Counted from the first letter of the stretch, positions 1 through 11,077 are shown. The stretch is 64,000 nt of DNA from Alphaproteobacteria bacterium (GCA_965221125.1 CBDCRW010000003.1:487581-551580), one strand, 5' to 3'. The notes: a model not told the origin generated them from the sequence alone. Numbers and translations are program-made.

Positions 1-411
1 GCCGGCGTCTGGGCCGATTCCGGCCTGCAGGGCTCGGGCTCGATCGAGGCCTTCCTCGCCGCCGGCTACGAGGCCGGGTCGATCCCGCCGCATACGGGCG
101 GGGACTTCAACGCGATGTACCAGCTGAGCGTGCAGAACCAGGTTCCGATGGTCGGCATCGACTATCCGCCCGCCATGGGCGCCGTGTCCTTCGAGTTGCT
201 GTTCGACGTGCTGGCCGGCAAGGGCATTCCGCGCCGGATCGAGGTGAACCAGCAGATCGTGGTCTCCGAGGGCGCCGAGACCGCCTCGGTGCAGGCGGAT
301 GTCTACGTCAAGGACTACGCCCTGATGGACAAGCCGGGCTCGGTCATCATGTCGAGCGGTGTGGGCCCGGACTACGATCCGGAGACCTTCTCGGCCGATT
401 ATCCGAAGTAG
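1..411 (+). CDS. Sugar ABC transporter periplasmic binding protein (RbsB-like), C-terminal part; 5' end outside window
   Basis: Open frame from base 1 (AGVWADSGLQGSGSIEAF...GGDFN...) ending in TAG at 411, directly upstream of an RbsA-type ATPase and two permeases. Confidence 0.8.
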   Translation, partial: AGVWADSGLQGSGSIEAFLAAGYEAGSIPPHTGGDFNAMYQLSVQNQVPMVGIDYPPAMGAVSFELLFDVLAGKGIPRRIEVNQQIVVSEGAETASVQADVYVKDYALMDKPGSVIMSSGVGPDYDPETFSADYPK

Positions 412-506
412 ATCACCGATGATGGTGGGCGATCCCCCGGCCCGGACCGGCGGGGGACCGTTCGCCGCGGCGGCCGGTCGTTGCCGCTGCCCGGAGGAAC
501 GGCGAG

Positions 507-2033
507 ATGGCTGATCCGGTGCTTGCCGCACGGGGCATGACGAAGTCCTTCGGCAGCAACGAGGTCCTCCGCAACGTCGATTTCGAGGTCATAGCCGGGC
601 GCAACATCGCGCTCTGCGGCGAAAACGGTGCCGGCAAGTCGACCCTCATCAAGCTCATGACAGGTGTCTACACGCCGTCCGCCGGGCAGGTCCTGCTGGA
701 TGGCGAGCCGGTGGTCTTCGCCGGACCCAAGGAGGCGATCGGCGCCGGCATCGCCGTCGTCCATCAGGAATTCTCCACCATCTCGGCGCTCACGGTGGCC
801 GAGAACGTGTTCCTGGAGAAGGAGCCGCGCAACCGGCTCGGCCTGGTCGACCGGCGCGCGCTGCGCCGCGACTGTCGCGCCCTGCTGCAGGAGCTTGGCA
901 TCGACCTAGACCCCGACGCGACGCTCGACAGGCTGAGCGTCGCCGAGGCGCAGATGGTGGAGATCGCCAAGGCGCTGCGCTCGCGCGCGCGGGTGCTGAT
1001 CCTGGACGAGCCGACGGCGGTGCTCTCGCACCGGGAGATCGACCATCTGTTCCGCATTCTTCGCGACCTGCGCGAGCAGGGGATGGGCCTCGTCTACGTC
1101 TCGCACCGGCTGGACGAGATCTTCGAGGTGTGCACCGACATCTGCGTGCTCAAGGACGGCGACGTGACCTCGGCGGGGCGGATCGGCGACTACGACCACG
1201 ACCGGGTCGTGGCCGCCATGGTGGGGCGCAGCCTGGGCGAGCTGTTTCCGCCGAAGAGCGGGCCGGCGCGCGATGCGGCGCCGGTGCTCTCGTTGCGCGG
1301 CCTCGTCGCCGAAGGCGGCGCGGCGCCGGTCGATTTCGATCTCCGCCCCGGCGAGATCGTAGGGCTGGCGGGTCTGGTCGGCTCAGGGCGGACCGAGCTG
1401 GCGCTCGCGATCTTCGGCGCGGCGCGCGGCAGCGGCGCGGTCGAGCTCTCCGGCGCGGCCTACGACAAGCGCTCGCCCGGTCGCAGCCTCGGCGCCGGCC
1501 TCGCCATGCTGACGGAGGACCGCAAGGCCGACGGACTCTTCCCCGACGCCTCGGTCGCCTGGAATTTCGCGGCCTCGACACTGGGCAAGGGCGCCCGGTC
1601 GCTCGCGCTCTCGCCACGCAACGAAGAGGAGCGTTCCCGCTCCGTGGTCGAGCGCTTCAAGGTCGTCGTCGACCACGTCGGGCAGCCCATTTCGGCGCTC
1701 TCCGGCGGCAACCAGCAGAAGGTGCTCATCGGCCGTCTGCTGGAGAACGCGCCTGAGGTCCTGCTCCTCGACGAGCCGACGCGCGGCGTGGACGTCGCGA
1801 CCAAGGCCGAGATCTACCGCACCTTGCGCGCTCTGGCCCGCGACGGCGTGGCGATCTTGGTCATCTCCTCGGAGCTGATCGAGATCGTCGGGCTATGCGA
1901 CCGGGTCCATGTGATGCGCGACGGCGCCATCGCCGCAGAGCTGTTGGGCGACGCCATCACGGAAGACGGCATCATGGCGATTGCCGCCGCCGCGGCGGGA
2001 GGCAGCGAACCCGCATCGCAACCTCATGACTGA
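507..2033 (+). CDS. Monosaccharide ABC transporter ATP-binding protein (RbsA/CUT2 type, two NBDs)
   Basis: Walker A GENGAGKST, LILDEPT, VSHRL, second domain LSGGNQQK and LLLDEPTRGVDV. Confidence 0.95.
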   Translation: MADPVLAARGMTKSFGSNEVLRNVDFEVIAGRNIALCGENGAGKSTLIKLMTGVYTPSAGQVLLDGEPVVFAGPKEAIGAGIAVVHQEFSTISALTVAENVFLEKEPRNRLGLVDRRALRRDCRALLQELGIDLDPDATLDRLSVAEAQMVEIAKALRSRARVLILDEPTAVLSHREIDHLFRILRDLREQGMGLVYVSHRLDEIFEVCTDICVLKDGDVTSAGRIGDYDHDRVVAAMVGRSLGELFPPKSGPARDAAPVLSLRGLVAEGGAAPVDFDLRPGEIVGLAGLVGSGRTELALAIFGAARGSGAVELSGAAYDKRSPGRSLGAGLAMLTEDRKADGLFPDASVAWNFAASTLGKGARSLALSPRNEEERSRSVVERFKVVVDHVGQPISALSGGNQQKVLIGRLLENAPEVLLLDEPTRGVDVATKAEIYRTLRALARDGVAILVISSELIEIVGLCDRVHVMRDGAIAAELLGDAITEDGIMAIAAAAAGGSEPASQPHD

Positions 2034-2973
2034 CCTCGCGCGCGCCGTCCGCTTCCAGAACGTCCATCTGGCGATCGTCGGGCTGATCGCAGCGGTCTTC
2101 ATCGTCGGCGTGTTCGCGTCCGACCGCTTCGTCACCGTGCTGAACATCGCCAATGTCCAGGACCAGCTCGTCGCGCTCGCGCTGGTCGCGCTCGCTCAGA
2201 CCGTGGTGATCCTGTCGGGCGGTATCGACCTCTCGTTCGCCGGGCTGCTCGGCCTCCTCTCGGTGCTGTTCGCCACCTTTGCCGGGGCCGATCCGGCGAC
2301 CTTCGCCGCCGCCTACATCGGCATCCTCGCGCTCGGCACGGCCATCGGCGCGTTGACCGGCGGGATCATCGCCTACAGCGGCATTCACCCGTTGATCGTG
2401 ACGCTCGCCACGTCGATCATCATGGCAGGTGCTGCGCTGCTCCATACCAAGCAGCCGTCCGGCTCGGTGCCGATCTTCTTCGAAGACATCGTGTATGCCC
2501 GGTTCTTCGGCTTCATCCCGTGGGGAACGCTGTTCGTCGTCGCGGCCTACGGGGCCGTGGGCTTCGTGCTCTGGCGGACCCGGTTCGGCATCCGCGTCTA
2601 TGCCATCGGCGACGACGAGCGGGCGGCGACGATCTCCGGCGTTCCGGTCAAGCTGACCAAGGTGCTGATCTATGCCCTCTCCGGCTTTATCGCCGCGCTG
2701 GCCGCGATCTACCTGGTGGGCCGGTTCGGCGTGGGCGATCCGCGCGCGGGCATCGGCTTCGATCTGCGCTCCATCACGCCGGTGATCGTGGGCGGCACGC
2801 TGCTGGCCGGCGGCCGCGGCGGCGTGCTGGGCACGTTCCTCGCCGTCATCCTCCTGGCTCTTCTCGCCAACGTGCTGAACTTCCTGAACGTCTCCAACTT
2901 CTATCTCTGGATCGTCGAAGGCGTGATCATCGTCGTCGCGGTCTCGCTGTTTGTGGGCAGGGCGCGGTCATGA
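2026..2973 (+). CDS. Monosaccharide ABC transporter permease (RbsC family)
   Basis: ATG at 2026 overlaps ATPase end; GGIDLS, FIVTLA-like LIVTLAT, YAIGDDERAA, VIVGGT..GGRG motifs; hydrophobic. Confidence 0.93.
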   Translation: MTDLARAVRFQNVHLAIVGLIAAVFIVGVFASDRFVTVLNIANVQDQLVALALVALAQTVVILSGGIDLSFAGLLGLLSVLFATFAGADPATFAAAYIGILALGTAIGALTGGIIAYSGIHPLIVTLATSIIMAGAALLHTKQPSGSVPIFFEDIVYARFFGFIPWGTLFVVAAYGAVGFVLWRTRFGIRVYAIGDDERAATISGVPVKLTKVLIYALSGFIAALAAIYLVGRFGVGDPRAGIGFDLRSITPVIVGGTLLAGGRGGVLGTFLAVILLALLANVLNFLNVSNFYLWIVEGVIIVVAVSLFVGRARS

Positions 2974-3923
2974 TCGCGCGCCTGCTCGGTGGCGGCGGCA
3001 CGGTGCGCGGCCGGAAGACCCGCGAAATCCTGCTGCTGCTCGCGTTCCTCGTCCTGATCTGGGGAATCACGACGGTGCTCTCGCCGCGCTTCCTGAGCGT
3101 CAAGAACATCACCGACATCCTGGTGCAGGCCGCGCCCTTGGGCTTCGTCGTCATCGGCCAGATGGTCGTGATCGTGGTGCGGGGCCTCGACCTCTCCGTG
3201 GCTTCGATCATGGCGACGGCAGCGGTGCTCTCCATCGGCGTGTTCGACAACACCGCCACCGCCTTCGTCGCTGCCCTGCTGCTCGGCGCGCTCGTCGGCG
3301 GCGTCAACGGCTACCTCGTGAGCTATCGGCGGGTGACGCCCTTCCTGGCCACGCTGGCGACGATGATCGTGCTGCAGGGCATCCGCTTCGCCTACACCAA
3401 GGGCGCGCCGAGCGGCTCGCTGCCGGACACCTTCCGCTACCTCGCAACGGGCGACGTCGGCGGCGTGCCGGTCATCCTGATCGTGCTGATCGCGGTCGCC
3501 ATCGCCGCGCACTGGATGCTGGAGCGCAGCGTCCCCGGACGGCAGCTCCTGCTCTACGGCGACAATCCGGAAGCCGCCTACATGGCCGGCCTGCCGGTCA
3601 AGCGCATCCTGATTTCGGCCTATGTCGTCTCCGGGGTTCTCGCCGCAACCGCCGGGCTCTTCCTGGTGGGATACGTCGGCATCGTCGACAACTGGACCGG
3701 CCAGGGCTACGAGCTGGACAGCATCGCGGCAGCCGTGATCGGCGGCGCCTCCCTGCGCGGTGGCAAGGGCAGCGTGATCGGCGCCCTGCTGGCGGCGCTG
3801 ATCCTGGTGTCCCTCTTCAACATCGTGGTCATCCTGGGCCTCTCCATCGAGTTCCAGATGGTGGTGAAGGGGGCGTTGATCCTGCTCGCCGCAGTGGTCT
3901 ACATCCGGCGCACCCGCGACTGA
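2970..3923 (+). CDS. Second monosaccharide ABC transporter permease (RbsC family)
   Basis: ATGA overlap at 2970-2973; GLDLSV, PFLATLA, GYELDSIAAAVIGGASLRGGKGS. Confidence 0.93.
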   Translation: MIARLLGGGGTVRGRKTREILLLLAFLVLIWGITTVLSPRFLSVKNITDILVQAAPLGFVVIGQMVVIVVRGLDLSVASIMATAAVLSIGVFDNTATAFVAALLLGALVGGVNGYLVSYRRVTPFLATLATMIVLQGIRFAYTKGAPSGSLPDTFRYLATGDVGGVPVILIVLIAVAIAAHWMLERSVPGRQLLLYGDNPEAAYMAGLPVKRILISAYVVSGVLAATAGLFLVGYVGIVDNWTGQGYELDSIAAAVIGGASLRGGKGSVIGALLAALILVSLFNIVVILGLSIEFQMVVKGALILLAAVVYIRRTRD

Positions 3924-4813
3924 CCGTCATCGGCAGCGAGCGAAATCCCTCTCTCTTCAAGAGGTGTCGACACGAAGCGGGCGGCGGCGGCCTGGGCGGC
4001 GGCGATGGCATCCTCCATCGCGGCGGACGCGGCCACGCGGGCTGCGAGCGCGCCCACGAACACGTCGCCGGCACCGTGGGCGGAAACCACCGATACAGGG
4101 CGGACCGCATGGTGCTGCGCCTCGCTCCGCCGGTTTCGATGGACCAGGCCGTCGCGCCCCAGGGTGATGATGATCTCCCCGTCGAAGCCCGCCGGCGCCC
4201 GCGTCACCGCTTCCAGCGCGTCCTTGGGGCTTCGGATCGGAACCGCCAACAGCGCCTCCGCCTCGATGCGGTTGACGATGAGAAGGTCCACCAGCCCGAG
4301 CATCTCCGGCGACAACGGGCGCATCGGCGCAGCGTTCAGGACCACCGTCGCACCGCTCTTGCGGGCCTCGGCCGCGACCGCTCGATTGACCGCCTCGGGC
4401 ACCTCGTTCTGCATGACGAGGACGCGGGCGCCTTCCGGCATCGCGAAGCCATCCGCAGAGAGTTGCCGGTTGGCGGACGAGACGACCACCGCGCCGTATT
4501 CTCCGTCCGCACCCACGACGGCGACGCTGAGGCCGGACATGGCCTCCTCGTCCCGCTGAATGAGGGAGGTGTCGACGCCGGCCGCGCGGAGATTGTCGAC
4601 GAGCGACGCCGCGAAGATGTCGCCGCCGACGCACCCCAGCATGGCGGTCGGCGCGCCGTGGCGACTGGCGGCGACGGCCTGGTTGCCGCCCTTGCCGCCG
4701 CAGACGAGCGTCACCGCCTCGCCCATGAGGGTTTCGTCCGGGGCGGGCAGGCGCGGCGCGGTGACGACGACGTCAAGATGCAGGGAGCCGACGACGACGA
4801 CCCCGCCGGTCAT
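3899..4813 (-). CDS. PfkB-family carbohydrate kinase (ribokinase-like)
   Basis: GGKGGNQA, QNE, LNAAP, NRIEA, ITLGRDG, GAGDVF motifs. Confidence 0.9.
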   Translation of the reverse strand: MTGGVVVVGSLHLDVVVTAPRLPAPDETLMGEAVTLVCGGKGGNQAVAASRHGAPTAMLGCVGGDIFAASLVDNLRAAGVDTSLIQRDEEAMSGLSVAVVGADGEYGAVVVSSANRQLSADGFAMPEGARVLVMQNEVPEAVNRAVAAEARKSGATVVLNAAPMRPLSPEMLGLVDLLIVNRIEAEALLAVPIRSPKDALEAVTRAPAGFDGEIIITLGRDGLVHRNRRSEAQHHAVRPVSVVSAHGAGDVFVGALAARVAASAAMEDAIAAAQAAAARFVSTPLEERGISLAADDGQSRVRRM

Positions 4814-5808
4814 CCGCCGCTTCCGTAGAGCGCAGAAGCGACGATGCGCTGGCTCGCCGTCGCGTCATGCCGGGCGATGGCCTGCGCCAAGCGTTCGTCC
4901 TCGGCCAACGCTGCGGCGACCCTTCGCAGGCGCTCGATGGTCTCGATGTTGGCGCCGCACTCCGCCACCGGATCGAGCCCGCCGGTATCGGGGAAGGTGT
5001 CGAAGTAGATCGCCCGGTCGTAGCCGCAGCGGCGGAGCGCCACCAGCAGCTCGACGGTCTGGACGGGGTGCACCGTCCCCGCCATCAGGCCGTCGTCGCG
5101 CTTGCCGTAGCCGTCGTTGAGCTGGACGCCGAGCAGCCGCGAGTGGCGGTTCACGAGGTGGACCGTGTGCGCCGGCATCTCGCCCGCGTAGAGGACGTGC
5201 GCGAAGTCGAGCGTGACGCCGAGGTTCACCGCCCCCACTTCGCGGATCGCGAGCAGGGTCGTGCCCACGTCCCGCATGAGGGAATAGCTGCGGGGCTCGT
5301 CCGGCTTGTACTCGAGCGCGATGTCGACGGCGGGATTGTGCGCGGCCAGCGCTTCGACGGCCGCGATCGTGTCGTCCCACATCCGTCCGTAATCGGCCTG
5401 GAAGGGATAGTCGAAACCGTCCTGGCCGAGCCAGAGCGTCATCAGAGAGCCGCCCATCTCGGCGAGCGCGTCGAGGCCGCGGCGGGTGAGGTCGATGGCC
5501 TTGCGCCGCCGGGTGGGGTCGGGATTGGTGAGCGCGCCCAGCCTGAAGTCGGCATCCGAGTAGTAGCGCATCGCGAGCCCGTTCAGCCCGATGCCGAGCC
5601 GGTCGAGAACGGCGGAAAGCTCCTTCGGGCTCGTGCCCTCGAAGTGATCCGGGTAGTTGAGGTCGGCGGCGTTGAGGCCCTTCACCGTCGCCGCCCGCTC
5701 CAGCAGGTCCGCCGTCGTCACCCGGTTCTTGCCGGGCCAGTACGCCTCGGCGCCGACCCTGAAGGAGTTCAGCCGGGCGGCGTAGCGGGGCGGCTCGGCG
5801 GCGCGCAT
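4810..5808 (-). CDS. Xylose-isomerase-fold sugar isomerase (TIM barrel)
   Basis: WLGQDG, EYKPDEPR, TLDFAH, LNDG..DDGL, FDTFP motifs; GAGG ribosome site 8 nt before ATG 5808. Confidence 0.85.
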   Translation of the reverse strand: MRAAEPPRYAARLNSFRVGAEAYWPGKNRVTTADLLERAATVKGLNAADLNYPDHFEGTSPKELSAVLDRLGIGLNGLAMRYYSDADFRLGALTNPDPTRRRKAIDLTRRGLDALAEMGGSLMTLWLGQDGFDYPFQADYGRMWDDTIAAVEALAAHNPAVDIALEYKPDEPRSYSLMRDVGTTLLAIREVGAVNLGVTLDFAHVLYAGEMPAHTVHLVNRHSRLLGVQLNDGYGKRDDGLMAGTVHPVQTVELLVALRRCGYDRAIYFDTFPDTGGLDPVAECGANIETIERLRRVAAALAEDERLAQAIARHDATASQRIVASALYGSGG

Positions 5809-5858
5809 TCTCACGTCCTCGGTGGACAGCCGGCGGCGGTCGTTCGCTCGGTCTGTGG

Positions 5859-6923
5859 TCAGAGACGCACGCCGGTCGCACTGTCGAAGAGGTGCGTCTG
5901 GTCGCTGCGCGGGCGCAGGTGCACCGTCTCGCCGGGCTTGAAGAAGTAGCGGTCCCGGAACAGCGCAACGACTTCGGTCTCGCCGAAGCGCAGGAAGACC
6001 AGCGTCTCGGAGCCCGTAGGCTCGACCACGGAGACACGCGCGGGAAAGCCGTCCCCTTCTTCGCCGATATCGAGGTGCTCCGGCCTGACCCCGTAGACGA
6101 CCGGCTGCCCTGCCTCCCCTGCGCAGTCCGCCCCGACGGGGAAGCGGTGCCCATTCGCCTCGACGGAGACCGTGCCGTCGCGGCGCAGCGTCCCCTGGAT
6201 CAGGTTCATGGCGGGCGAGCCGATGAAGGTCGCCACGAACACGTTCTTGGGCTCGTCGAACAGCTCGAGCGGCGTGCCGACCTGCTCAACGAGGCCGTCC
6301 TCCATGACCACGATCTTGTCGGCCATCGTCATCGCCTCGATCTGGTCGTGGGTGACGAAGACGGTGGTGGTGCCGAGACGCTGGTACAGCTCCTTGATCT
6401 CGGTGCGCATCTGGATGCGGAGCTTGGCGTCGAGGTTGGACAGCGGCTCGTCGAAGAGGAACACCTGCGGGTCGCGCACGATGGCACGGCCCATGGCGAC
6501 GCGCTGGCGTTGGCCGCCCGAGAGCTGGCGCGGATAGCGGTGCAGGTAAGGCGTGAGGCCGAGCGTTTCCGCCGCCTGCTCCACGCGCTGCTTCACGATC
6601 GCGCGGTCGGTCTTCCGCACCTTCAGCGAGAAGGCGAGGTTGGCGGCGACCGTCTTGTGCGGATAGAGCGCGTAGTTCTGGAACACCATGGCGATGTCGC
6701 GCTCCGCCGGCGGCAGGTTGTTCACCACCCGCTCGCCGATGCGGATCGTGCCGGCGGTCACGTCCTCGAGGCCCGCGATCATGCGCAGCAGCGTGGACTT
6801 GCCGCAGCCGGAGGGGCCCACCAGCACCACGAACTCGCCGTCCGGGATGTCGATGTCGACGCCGCGGATGACCTCGACCGACCCGAACGATTTTCGCAGC
6901 TCGCGGATGGTGACCTCAGCCAT
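5859..6923 (-). CDS. Carbohydrate ABC transporter ATP-binding protein (MalK/UgpC type)
   Basis: [39 protein letters not shown]; C-terminal TOBE-like region. Confidence 0.96.
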   Translation of the reverse strand: MAEVTIRELRKSFGSVEVIRGVDIDIPDGEFVVLVGPSGCGKSTLLRMIAGLEDVTAGTIRIGERVVNNLPPAERDIAMVFQNYALYPHKTVAANLAFSLKVRKTDRAIVKQRVEQAAETLGLTPYLHRYPRQLSGGQRQRVAMGRAIVRDPQVFLFDEPLSNLDAKLRIQMRTEIKELYQRLGTTTVFVTHDQIEAMTMADKIVVMEDGLVEQVGTPLELFDEPKNVFVATFIGSPAMNLIQGTLRRDGTVSVEANGHRFPVGADCAGEAGQPVVYGVRPEHLDIGEEGDGFPARVSVVEPTGSETLVFLRFGETEVVALFRDRYFFKPGETVHLRPRSDQTHLFDSATGVRL

Positions 6924-7016
6924 GGTGCCGTCTCGTCTCCCGCGTTGCGCCCACCGCCCTCGGCCCCGGCCCCGGTGAGGTAGCCGAGGCGACGGGGCCT
7001 GTCCACCTGCCCGCCG

Positions 7017-7943
7017 TCATTTCACCGCTCCGGCCGCCATGCCCTTGATGATGAAGCGCTCGAGCACGATGCCGATGATCACCAGCGGCAGGATCGCGGC
7101 GAACGAGAGCGCGGCCATCGACCACCAGTTGATGCCCTGGCTGCCGGTCTGGCTCGCCACCATGACCGGGATCGTCTTCGCGTCGGTGCTGGTGAGCAGG
7201 GCCGCGAAGAAATACTCGTTCCAGCACAGCACCAGCGAGAGGATGAACGCCGCGATCATCCCTGGTAGCGCAATCGGCAGCACGATCTGGAGGAACGCCT
7301 TCCACACCGAGAGCCCGTCCACCAGCGCCGCCTCCTCCAGCTCGACCGGAATGGCGCTGAATTGGTCCCGCATGATCCAGATGACGATGGGCAGCACCAT
7401 GAGCGTGTAGAGCAGGATCAGCCCGATGTGGCTGTCGAGCAGGGCGAGCTCCTTGTAGAGCACGAGGAAGGGCAGCGCGAGCACCACCGGCGGCAGGATC
7501 AGCTGGCTGAGGAAGAAGAACGAGATGTCGCGGTTCTTGATGAACTTGAGACGGTAGCTGAACCGGCTGAGGCCGTACGCCGCCATCGATCCGAGCACGA
7601 CCGCGAGCGCCGAGGCCGAGAGCGAGGTGATGACGCTGTTGGTGAAGCGCTTCAGGAACTCCTCGCGCACGGTCGAGGTCTCGAAGATCGTCTGCGGCGA
7701 AAGCCCGAGCGAGCGCCAGCCGCGCCACGCCGGATCGAAGTCGGCCCACGGGATGAGGTGGCCCTGCATCACGTCGGGCGCGATCTTGAACGAGGTCGTC
7801 GCGGTCCAGTAGATGGGAAAGAGGCAGATCACAGTCCAGAAGAGCAGCGTGCCGTAGATCAGCAGGCGCCGCGTGTACCACTTGGCGCGGTACTTCAGAT
7901 CCGGCGCGGCGTCCTTGAATATCTGGACGGTCTCGGTGCTCAT
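7017..7943 (-). CDS. Carbohydrate ABC transporter permease (MalG type)
   Basis: EAA loop IPVELEEAALVDG, CWNEY; ends AGAVK. Confidence 0.95.
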   Translation of the reverse strand: MSTETVQIFKDAAPDLKYRAKWYTRRLLIYGTLLFWTVICLFPIYWTATTSFKIAPDVMQGHLIPWADFDPAWRGWRSLGLSPQTIFETSTVREEFLKRFTNSVITSLSASALAVVLGSMAAYGLSRFSYRLKFIKNRDISFFFLSQLILPPVVLALPFLVLYKELALLDSHIGLILLYTLMVLPIVIWIMRDQFSAIPVELEEAALVDGLSVWKAFLQIVLPIALPGMIAAFILSLVLCWNEYFFAALLTSTDAKTIPVMVASQTGSQGINWWSMAALSFAAILPLVIIGIVLERFIIKGMAAGAVK

Positions 7944-7951
7944 CGCCTCGC

Positions 7952-9085
7952 CTAGTAGGACTGCCGCATCCAGCGCCTCACCAGCTTGAGCAGCAAGGTG
8001 ATGAAGACGATGATCAGCACGAGGTAGACCATGGCGAGCAGCGTGCCGTAGCCCACGTTGGAGCGGTCACGGTACTCGCGGAAGATGAAGCTCGTGACCG
8101 AATCCGTGGCGCCGCCGGGGCCGCCTGCGGTGACGTTGATGATGATGTCGGCGAGCTTCAGCTTGAAGATGATGCGGATGAGGATGGCAGTGATGCTGAC
8201 CGGCAGCATCAGCGGGAAGGTCACGTGCCAGAACGTGGTCCAGCGCGAGGCCCCATCTACCTTCGCCGCCTCCACCACGTCCTTGGGCAGCGCCTGGAGG
8301 CCGGCCAGCAGCATGATCATCATGAAGGGAATGAAGGTCCACGCGTCCATCACCATCATGGTGAGTCGCGCGATCTCGGCCGTCCCGAAGAAGGACGGCG
8401 TCTCCCAGCCGAGGAACCGGCCCAGGTTCGCGAGCGGGCCGAAGCGGATCTCCATCATCGACTTCCCCACCATCCAGCTCACCGCCACCGGCGAGAGCAT
8501 GAGGGGAAGGAGGAAGGCCACGCGGAAGAATTTTCGGGCGCGGATCTGGGCGTTGAGGAGGAGGGCGAGCCCGAACGCGATCGCGTATTCCACGCTGATG
8601 GCGAGCACGTAGTAGACCATGTTCTTGAGGGCGTTCCAGTAGAACGGATCGCCCGCCATCTGCACGAAATTGTCGATGCCGTTGAACTTCCGCCCGGTAA
8701 GCGAGGAGAGGTTCCAGTCCGTGAGCGAGATGTAGATCCCGAAGAGGATCGGGAAGATCACCATCGAGACGACGAACAGCACGCCGGGCAGAACGAAGAG
8801 CGCGCGCTTGCCCTGCTCGCCCCGTGTCAGCACCTGCCCGATGCAGAGCGAGACCGCCCAGAACGCGTAGGCGTAGAGCACCGGCCGCCAGGTCTCGAAG
8901 CCGAAGGAAATGCTTTCGTCCTCATGGAGGCCCTGGATCACCACCATGACGAGGAGGACGAGCGCGGACCCCCACATGAGCGCGCGTCCGGCCAATATGC
9001 GGCCGCGCGACATGTGATCGGAGGTGACGACGTAGAGCTGGTTGCCCTCGAGTTGCGCAGGGGTGCTCACGACGCTGCCCGCCAA
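7952..9085 (-). CDS. Carbohydrate ABC transporter permease (MalF type) with extra N-terminal TM segments
   Basis: EAA loop EAAKVDGASRW, WTFIPF, GGPG; TTG start uncertain. Confidence 0.92.
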   Translation of the reverse strand: MAGSVVSTPAQLEGNQLYVVTSDHMSRGRILAGRALMWGSALVLLVMVVIQGLHEDESISFGFETWRPVLYAYAFWAVSLCIGQVLTRGEQGKRALFVLPGVLFVVSMVIFPILFGIYISLTDWNLSSLTGRKFNGIDNFVQMAGDPFYWNALKNMVYYVLAISVEYAIAFGLALLLNAQIRARKFFRVAFLLPLMLSPVAVSWMVGKSMMEIRFGPLANLGRFLGWETPSFFGTAEIARLTMMVMDAWTFIPFMMIMLLAGLQALPKDVVEAAKVDGASRWTTFWHVTFPLMLPVSITAILIRIIFKLKLADIIINVTAGGPGGATDSVTSFIFREYRDRSNVGYGTLLAMVYLVLIIVFITLLLKLVRRWMRQSY

Positions 9086-9145
9086 AGCAGGAATGGCGGC
9101 CTCACGGCCGCCAATCCCAATGACACGAGCGAAGAAGCCGGGCTA

Positions 9146-10807
9146 TCAGAGGCCCAGCGACGCCCGATATAGCGCGATCTGGCTTTCGCGCCCGATCTGG
9201 TCGGTGATCTTCTCCCACGCGGCCGCGATTCGGTCAGCGCCTTCCTGGGCGCCGTACTCGCCGGCGTAGATTCGCGCCAGCTCGTCCTCGGCGACCGAGT
9301 AGTACTGGAAGATTCCCGGAATGCGCGGCTCGATCGCCGCGTTGGGATGGTTGTAGGAGTCCGCCTCCGACGCGAGGTAGTCGGCGATGAAGGCCTCGTC
9401 GTAGCCGGCGCCCACCCACTCGGGAATGTTGAAGTGGGAGTTCCGGTAGGGCTGGAAGCCCGACGGATAGGCGGCGCACCACAGCGAGAGGTCCTTGCCG
9501 CCGAGATGGGCGGCGGCGGACCAGGCTGCCTTGTGCCGCTGCGCGTCGTCGTCGACGCGGGCCATGACGTAAACGCCCCATCCGATATAGGCCATGTTGG
9601 GCGAGAAATTCGGCGACGCCGGGGTCTCCCACGCGCCGGTCGCGGCGTTGTACACGTCGTCCGAGCCGGGGAGGATCGAGAAGCCAACCGTCTCGCCCAC
9701 CACCGAGGAGTCGGAGGTCTTGGCGTTGGAGCCGATGTCGCCCCACCAGCTCAGCATCGAGCCGGTGCCGGCCAGGAACTGCTGGAAGCCCGTGGTGCCC
9801 GGATCGGCGTTGATCTGGTCCGGCGGCTGGGCATCAAGGGTGTCGAGCACGTCCTGGATCGCGCGTACCCAGGCCGGGTTGTTGACGCGGGGCTTCATCG
9901 TGTCCGCGTCGAACAGCCACGCCGGATCGTCCGGGTGCTTGGCGTAGGCGGTCGCCCGCGAGCCGAGGAAGTAGAAGGCGAAGCCGCCCCAGCCCTTCAG
10001 CGGGTCGAGGTAGCCGTAGGCGTCGAAGCCGCCCACCTTCTTGCCTTTGAGGAACTTGGTGACCTCTTGCACCTTCTGCCAGGTCGTCGGCACCTCCCAC
10101 GCGCCCTCGTGGCCTTCGGCCGCCCAGGCCGCCGCGAGGTCCTCGTCCTCGAAGTAGTCGGTGCGATAGTTGAAGTTATGGCAGTCGCCGTCGATCGAGA
10201 TGCGGTAGGTCTTGCCGTCCCAGGTGCCGACCGGCGCCTTGAGGTAGCCGACGTAGTCGTCCATGTCGATCTGGCTCATGACCCACTCGGGCATGACCGA
10301 GGCGAGGCCCTTGCCGCAGACGTCGCCCTCGAAGGGGGCGCCCATCTCGATGATGTCGAAATCGACCGTGCCGGTGGCGATCGACTGCTGCAGGCGCGCG
10401 TTGTAGTCGGCCTGGGCGAGGTCGATCCAGTTGATGGTGGCCCCGGTGTAGGCCTCCCACGGCTTCAGGAAGCCGCGGAAGAGGAAGTTGTGCAGGTTCT
10501 GGTTGTTGAGGCCGAGGAAGGTGAGTTCGACACCGGCGAACTCACCTTCGGAGACATGCTCCTTGGCCGGCCCGAGGCACATCGCCCCCACCTTCTGCCA
10601 ATCGGAATCCATGGGAGAGCCGACGCCCACGCCGGGAATCTTGAGGATCTCGGCCCGGACGTTGTCCTGCGCCGCCGACGAGCCCGCGAAGCCGCCGATG
10701 CCGGTTCCCGCAAGCGCCGCCACCGCGCCGGTGCCAGCCATGCCTTTCAGCATCCTGCGCCTGGTCGTCTGAGCCGCCATGATTCGATTGAAGACGTCTA
10801 CTCTCAT
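9146..10807 (-). CDS. Carbohydrate ABC transporter solute-binding protein, Tat-exported
   Basis: Twin-arginine signal TTRRRMLKG plus hydrophobic stretch ending AAQ; first gene of the CUT1 operon. Confidence 0.9.
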   Translation of the reverse strand: MRVDVFNRIMAAQTTRRRMLKGMAGTGAVAALAGTGIGGFAGSSAAQDNVRAEILKIPGVGVGSPMDSDWQKVGAMCLGPAKEHVSEGEFAGVELTFLGLNNQNLHNFLFRGFLKPWEAYTGATINWIDLAQADYNARLQQSIATGTVDFDIIEMGAPFEGDVCGKGLASVMPEWVMSQIDMDDYVGYLKAPVGTWDGKTYRISIDGDCHNFNYRTDYFEDEDLAAAWAAEGHEGAWEVPTTWQKVQEVTKFLKGKKVGGFDAYGYLDPLKGWGGFAFYFLGSRATAYAKHPDDPAWLFDADTMKPRVNNPAWVRAIQDVLDTLDAQPPDQINADPGTTGFQQFLAGTGSMLSWWGDIGSNAKTSDSSVVGETVGFSILPGSDDVYNAATGAWETPASPNFSPNMAYIGWGVYVMARVDDDAQRHKAAWSAAAHLGGKDLSLWCAAYPSGFQPYRNSHFNIPEWVGAGYDEAFIADYLASEADSYNHPNAAIEPRIPGIFQYYSVAEDELARIYAGEYGAQEGADRIAAAWEKITDQIGRESQIALYRASLGL

Positions 10808-11077
10808 CCGTCAGATCTCCCTGAAGAAGGTCATCCCGTACCCGCCGACGCGCCCCGCGCGCCGGAAGAGCCAAAGACAATGGCCGGAAACTAGCCCGGA
10901 TTTCTCACCAATGTCACGGCCTGCGTCGCGGCACCGTGGCGGCGGCGCCTGGAGCGGCATCGGGACAATCCATCGGCGGACGACCTTCGCTCGCCACACC
11001 CGCCTTAGCCCGCTTGACGCGTTACTAACGACCCAACAAACATCTAGACTCACGAAACATCATATATTTCGCTTTGC